A stretch of DNA of 64,000 nucleotides from Eledone cirrhosa (taxonomy: Eukaryota): the NCBI GenBank assembly GCA_964016885.1, contig OZ024744.1, positions 117,614,001 to 117,678,000 of the forward strand. The letters run 5' to 3'. The position numbers and the translations under genes were made by a program. Shown in pieces: positions 61,560 to 64,000 of the stretch. The notes beneath the pieces were generated by a model. That model ran no database searches and was not told the DNA's origin. It saw only the letters and a program-made list of their open reading frames with translations. Position 1 is the stretch's first letter. Each line of letters begins with the position of its first letter.

Positions 61560-64000
61560 GCAGTGGAGACTTCCTGTATTCTTGGTCCCCAGCCCACATC
61601 CCTACTGATATGATAGGTCTGTGGTAGACCCTGTAGCAGTGGAGACTTCCTGTGTTCTTGGTCCCCAGCCCACATCCCTGCTGATATGATAGGTTTGTGG
61701 TAGACCCTGTAGCAGTGGAGACTTCCTGTGTTCTTGGTCCCCAGCCCACATCCCTACTGATATGATAGGTTTGTGGTAGACCCTGTAGCAGTGGAGACTC
61801 CCTGTATTCTTGGTCCCCAGCCCACATCCCTACTGATATGATAGGTCTGTGTAAGACCCTGTAGCAGTGGAGACGTCCTGTGTTCTTGGTCCCCAGCCCA
61901 CATCCCTACTGATATGATAGGTCTGTGGTAGACCCTGTAGTAGTGGAGACTTCCTGTATTCTTGGTCCCCAGCCCACATCCCTACTGATATGATAGGTCT
62001 GTGGTAGACCCTGTAGCAGAGGAGACGTCCTGTGTTCTTGGTCCCCAGCCCACATCCCTACTGATATGATAGGTCTGTGGTAGACCCTGTAGCAGTGGGG
62101 ACTTCCTGTGTTCTTGGTCCCCAGCCCACATCCCTACTGATATGATAGGTCTGTGGTAGACCCTGTAGCAGTGGAGACGTCCTGTGTTCTTGGTCTCCAG
62201 CCCACACCCCTACTGATATGATAGGTTTGTGGTAGACCCTGTAGCAGTGGGGACTTCCTGTATTCTTGGTCCCCAGCCCACATCCCTACTGATATGATAG
62301 GTTTGTGGTTGCCCCTGTAGTAGTGGAGACTTACTGTATTCTTGGTCCCCAGCCCACATCCCTACTGATATGATAGGTTTGTGGTAGACCCTGTAGCAGT
62401 GGAGACTTCCTGTGTTCTTGGTCCCCAGCCCACATCCCTGCTGATATGATAGGTTTGTGGTAGACCCTGTAGCAGTGGAGACTTCCTGTGTTCTTGGTCC
62501 CCAGCCCACATCCCTACTGATATGATAGGTTTGTGGTAGACCCTGTAGCAGTGGAGACTTCCTGTGTTCTTGGTCCCCAGCCCACATCCCTACTGATATG
62601 ATAGGTTTGTGGTAGACCCTGTAGCAGTGGAGACTTCCTGTGTTCTTGGTCCCCAGCCCACATCCCTACTGATATGATAGGTTTGTGGTAGACCCTGTAG
62701 CAGTGGAGACTCCCTGTATTCTTGGTCCCCAGCCCACATCCCTACTGATATGATAGGTTTGTGGTAGAGCCTGTAGCAGTGGAGACTCCCTGTATTCTTG
62801 GTCCCCAGCCCACATCCCTACTGATATGATAGGTTTGTGGTAGACCCTGTAGCAGTGGAGACTCCCTGTATTCTTGGTCCCCAGCCCACATCCCTACTGA
62901 TATGATAGGTTTGTGGTAGACCCTGTAGCAGTGGAGACTCCCTGTATTCTTGGTCCCCAGCCCACATCCCTACTGATATGATAGGTTTGTGGTAGACCCT
63001 GTAGCAGTGGAGACTCCCTGTATTCTTGGTCCCCAGCCCACATCCCTACTGATATGATAGGTTTGTGGTAGACCCTGTAGCAGTGGAGACTCCCTGTATT
63101 CTTGGTCCCCAGCCCACATCCCTACTGATATGATAGGTTTGTGGTAGACCCTGTAGCCGTGGAGACTTTCTGTATTCTTGGTCCCCAGCCCACATCTCTA
63201 CTGATATGATAGGTCTGTGGTAGACCCTGTAGCAGTGGAGACTTCCTGTGTTCTTGGTCTCAAGCCCACATCCCTACTGATATGAAAGGTTTGTGGTAGA
63301 GCCTGTAGCAGTGGAGACTTCCTGTGTTCTTGGTCCCCAACCCACATCCCTACTGATATGATAGGTCTGTGGTAGACCCTGTAGCAGTGGAGACTTCCTG
63401 TGTTCTTGGTCCCCAGCCTTCATCCCTACTGATATGATAGGTCTGTGGTAGACCCTGTAGCAGTGGAGACTTCCTGTGTTCTTGGTCGCCAGCCCACATC
63501 CCTACTGATATGATAGGTCTGTGGTAGACCCTGTAGCAGTGGAGACTTCCTGTGTTCTTGGTCGCCAGCCCATATCCCTACTGATATGATAGGTCTGTGG
63601 TAGACCCTGTAGCAATGGAGACTTCCTGTGTTCTTGGTCGCCAGCCCACATCCCTACTGATATGATAGGTCTGTGGTAGACCCTGTAGCAGTGGAGACTT
63701 CCTGTGTTCTTGGTCCCCAGCCCACATCCCTACTGATATGATAGGTCTGTGGTAGACCCTTTAGCAGTGGAGACTTCCTGTGTTCTTGGTCCCCAGCCTT
63801 CATCCCTACTGATATTATAGGTTTGTGGTAGACCCTGTAGTAGTGGAGACTTCCTGTATTCTTGGTCCCCAACCCACATCCCTACTGATATGATAGGTCT
63901 GTGGTAGACCCTGTAGCAGTGGAGACTTCCTGTGTTCTTGGTCTCCAGCCCACATCCCTACTGATATGATAGGTTTGTGGTAGACCCTGTAGCAGTGGAG
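61560..64000 (+). repeat. 76-bp satellite, about 32 copies, open at the window's right edge
   Basis: GCAGTGGAGACTTCCTGTGTTCTTGGTCCCCAGCCCACATCCCTACTGATATGATAGGTTTGTGGTAGACCCTGTA, period 76. Confidence 0.98.

Noticed and set aside
61600-61640. Hammerhead core in the 76-bp satellite (CTGATATGA)
   Set aside because: It is not CUGANGA and has no downstream GAAA or compatible stems.

Overview
Eukaryotic, repeat-saturated DNA with no host gene that I can support. The SINE and LINE families resemble those I recall from octopod cephalopods (inference). Bases 1-26822 are a 53-bp satellite of about 506 monomers with kilobase-scale higher-order duplications. The remaining 37 kb is nested transposon debris: (i) a 4.7-kb composite Helitron (27580-32284) carrying a PIF1 helicase remnant, a DD37D maT transposase fragment and a deleted, internally inverted Gypsy-like element whose primer-binding site matches the 5' end, not the 3' end, of tRNA-Phe; (ii) a Penelope-like remnant with two inverted minimal hammerhead ribozyme motifs; (iii) a near-full-length Tx1/L1 LINE and a CsRn1-like Gypsy element, both inserted in a 60/72-bp satellite; (iv) RTE, CR1 and CRE-like LINE fragments, SINEs, a fold-back MITE and a second Helitron. 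The most striking pattern is that several tandem arrays are amplified slices of transposon coding motifs: the Penelope RT YRDD active site (66 bp), the CRE endonuclease tail (76 bp) and the RTE GHVxRM motif (64 bp and about 115 bp, from two different families). All alignments and translations were done by eye and no database searches were run.
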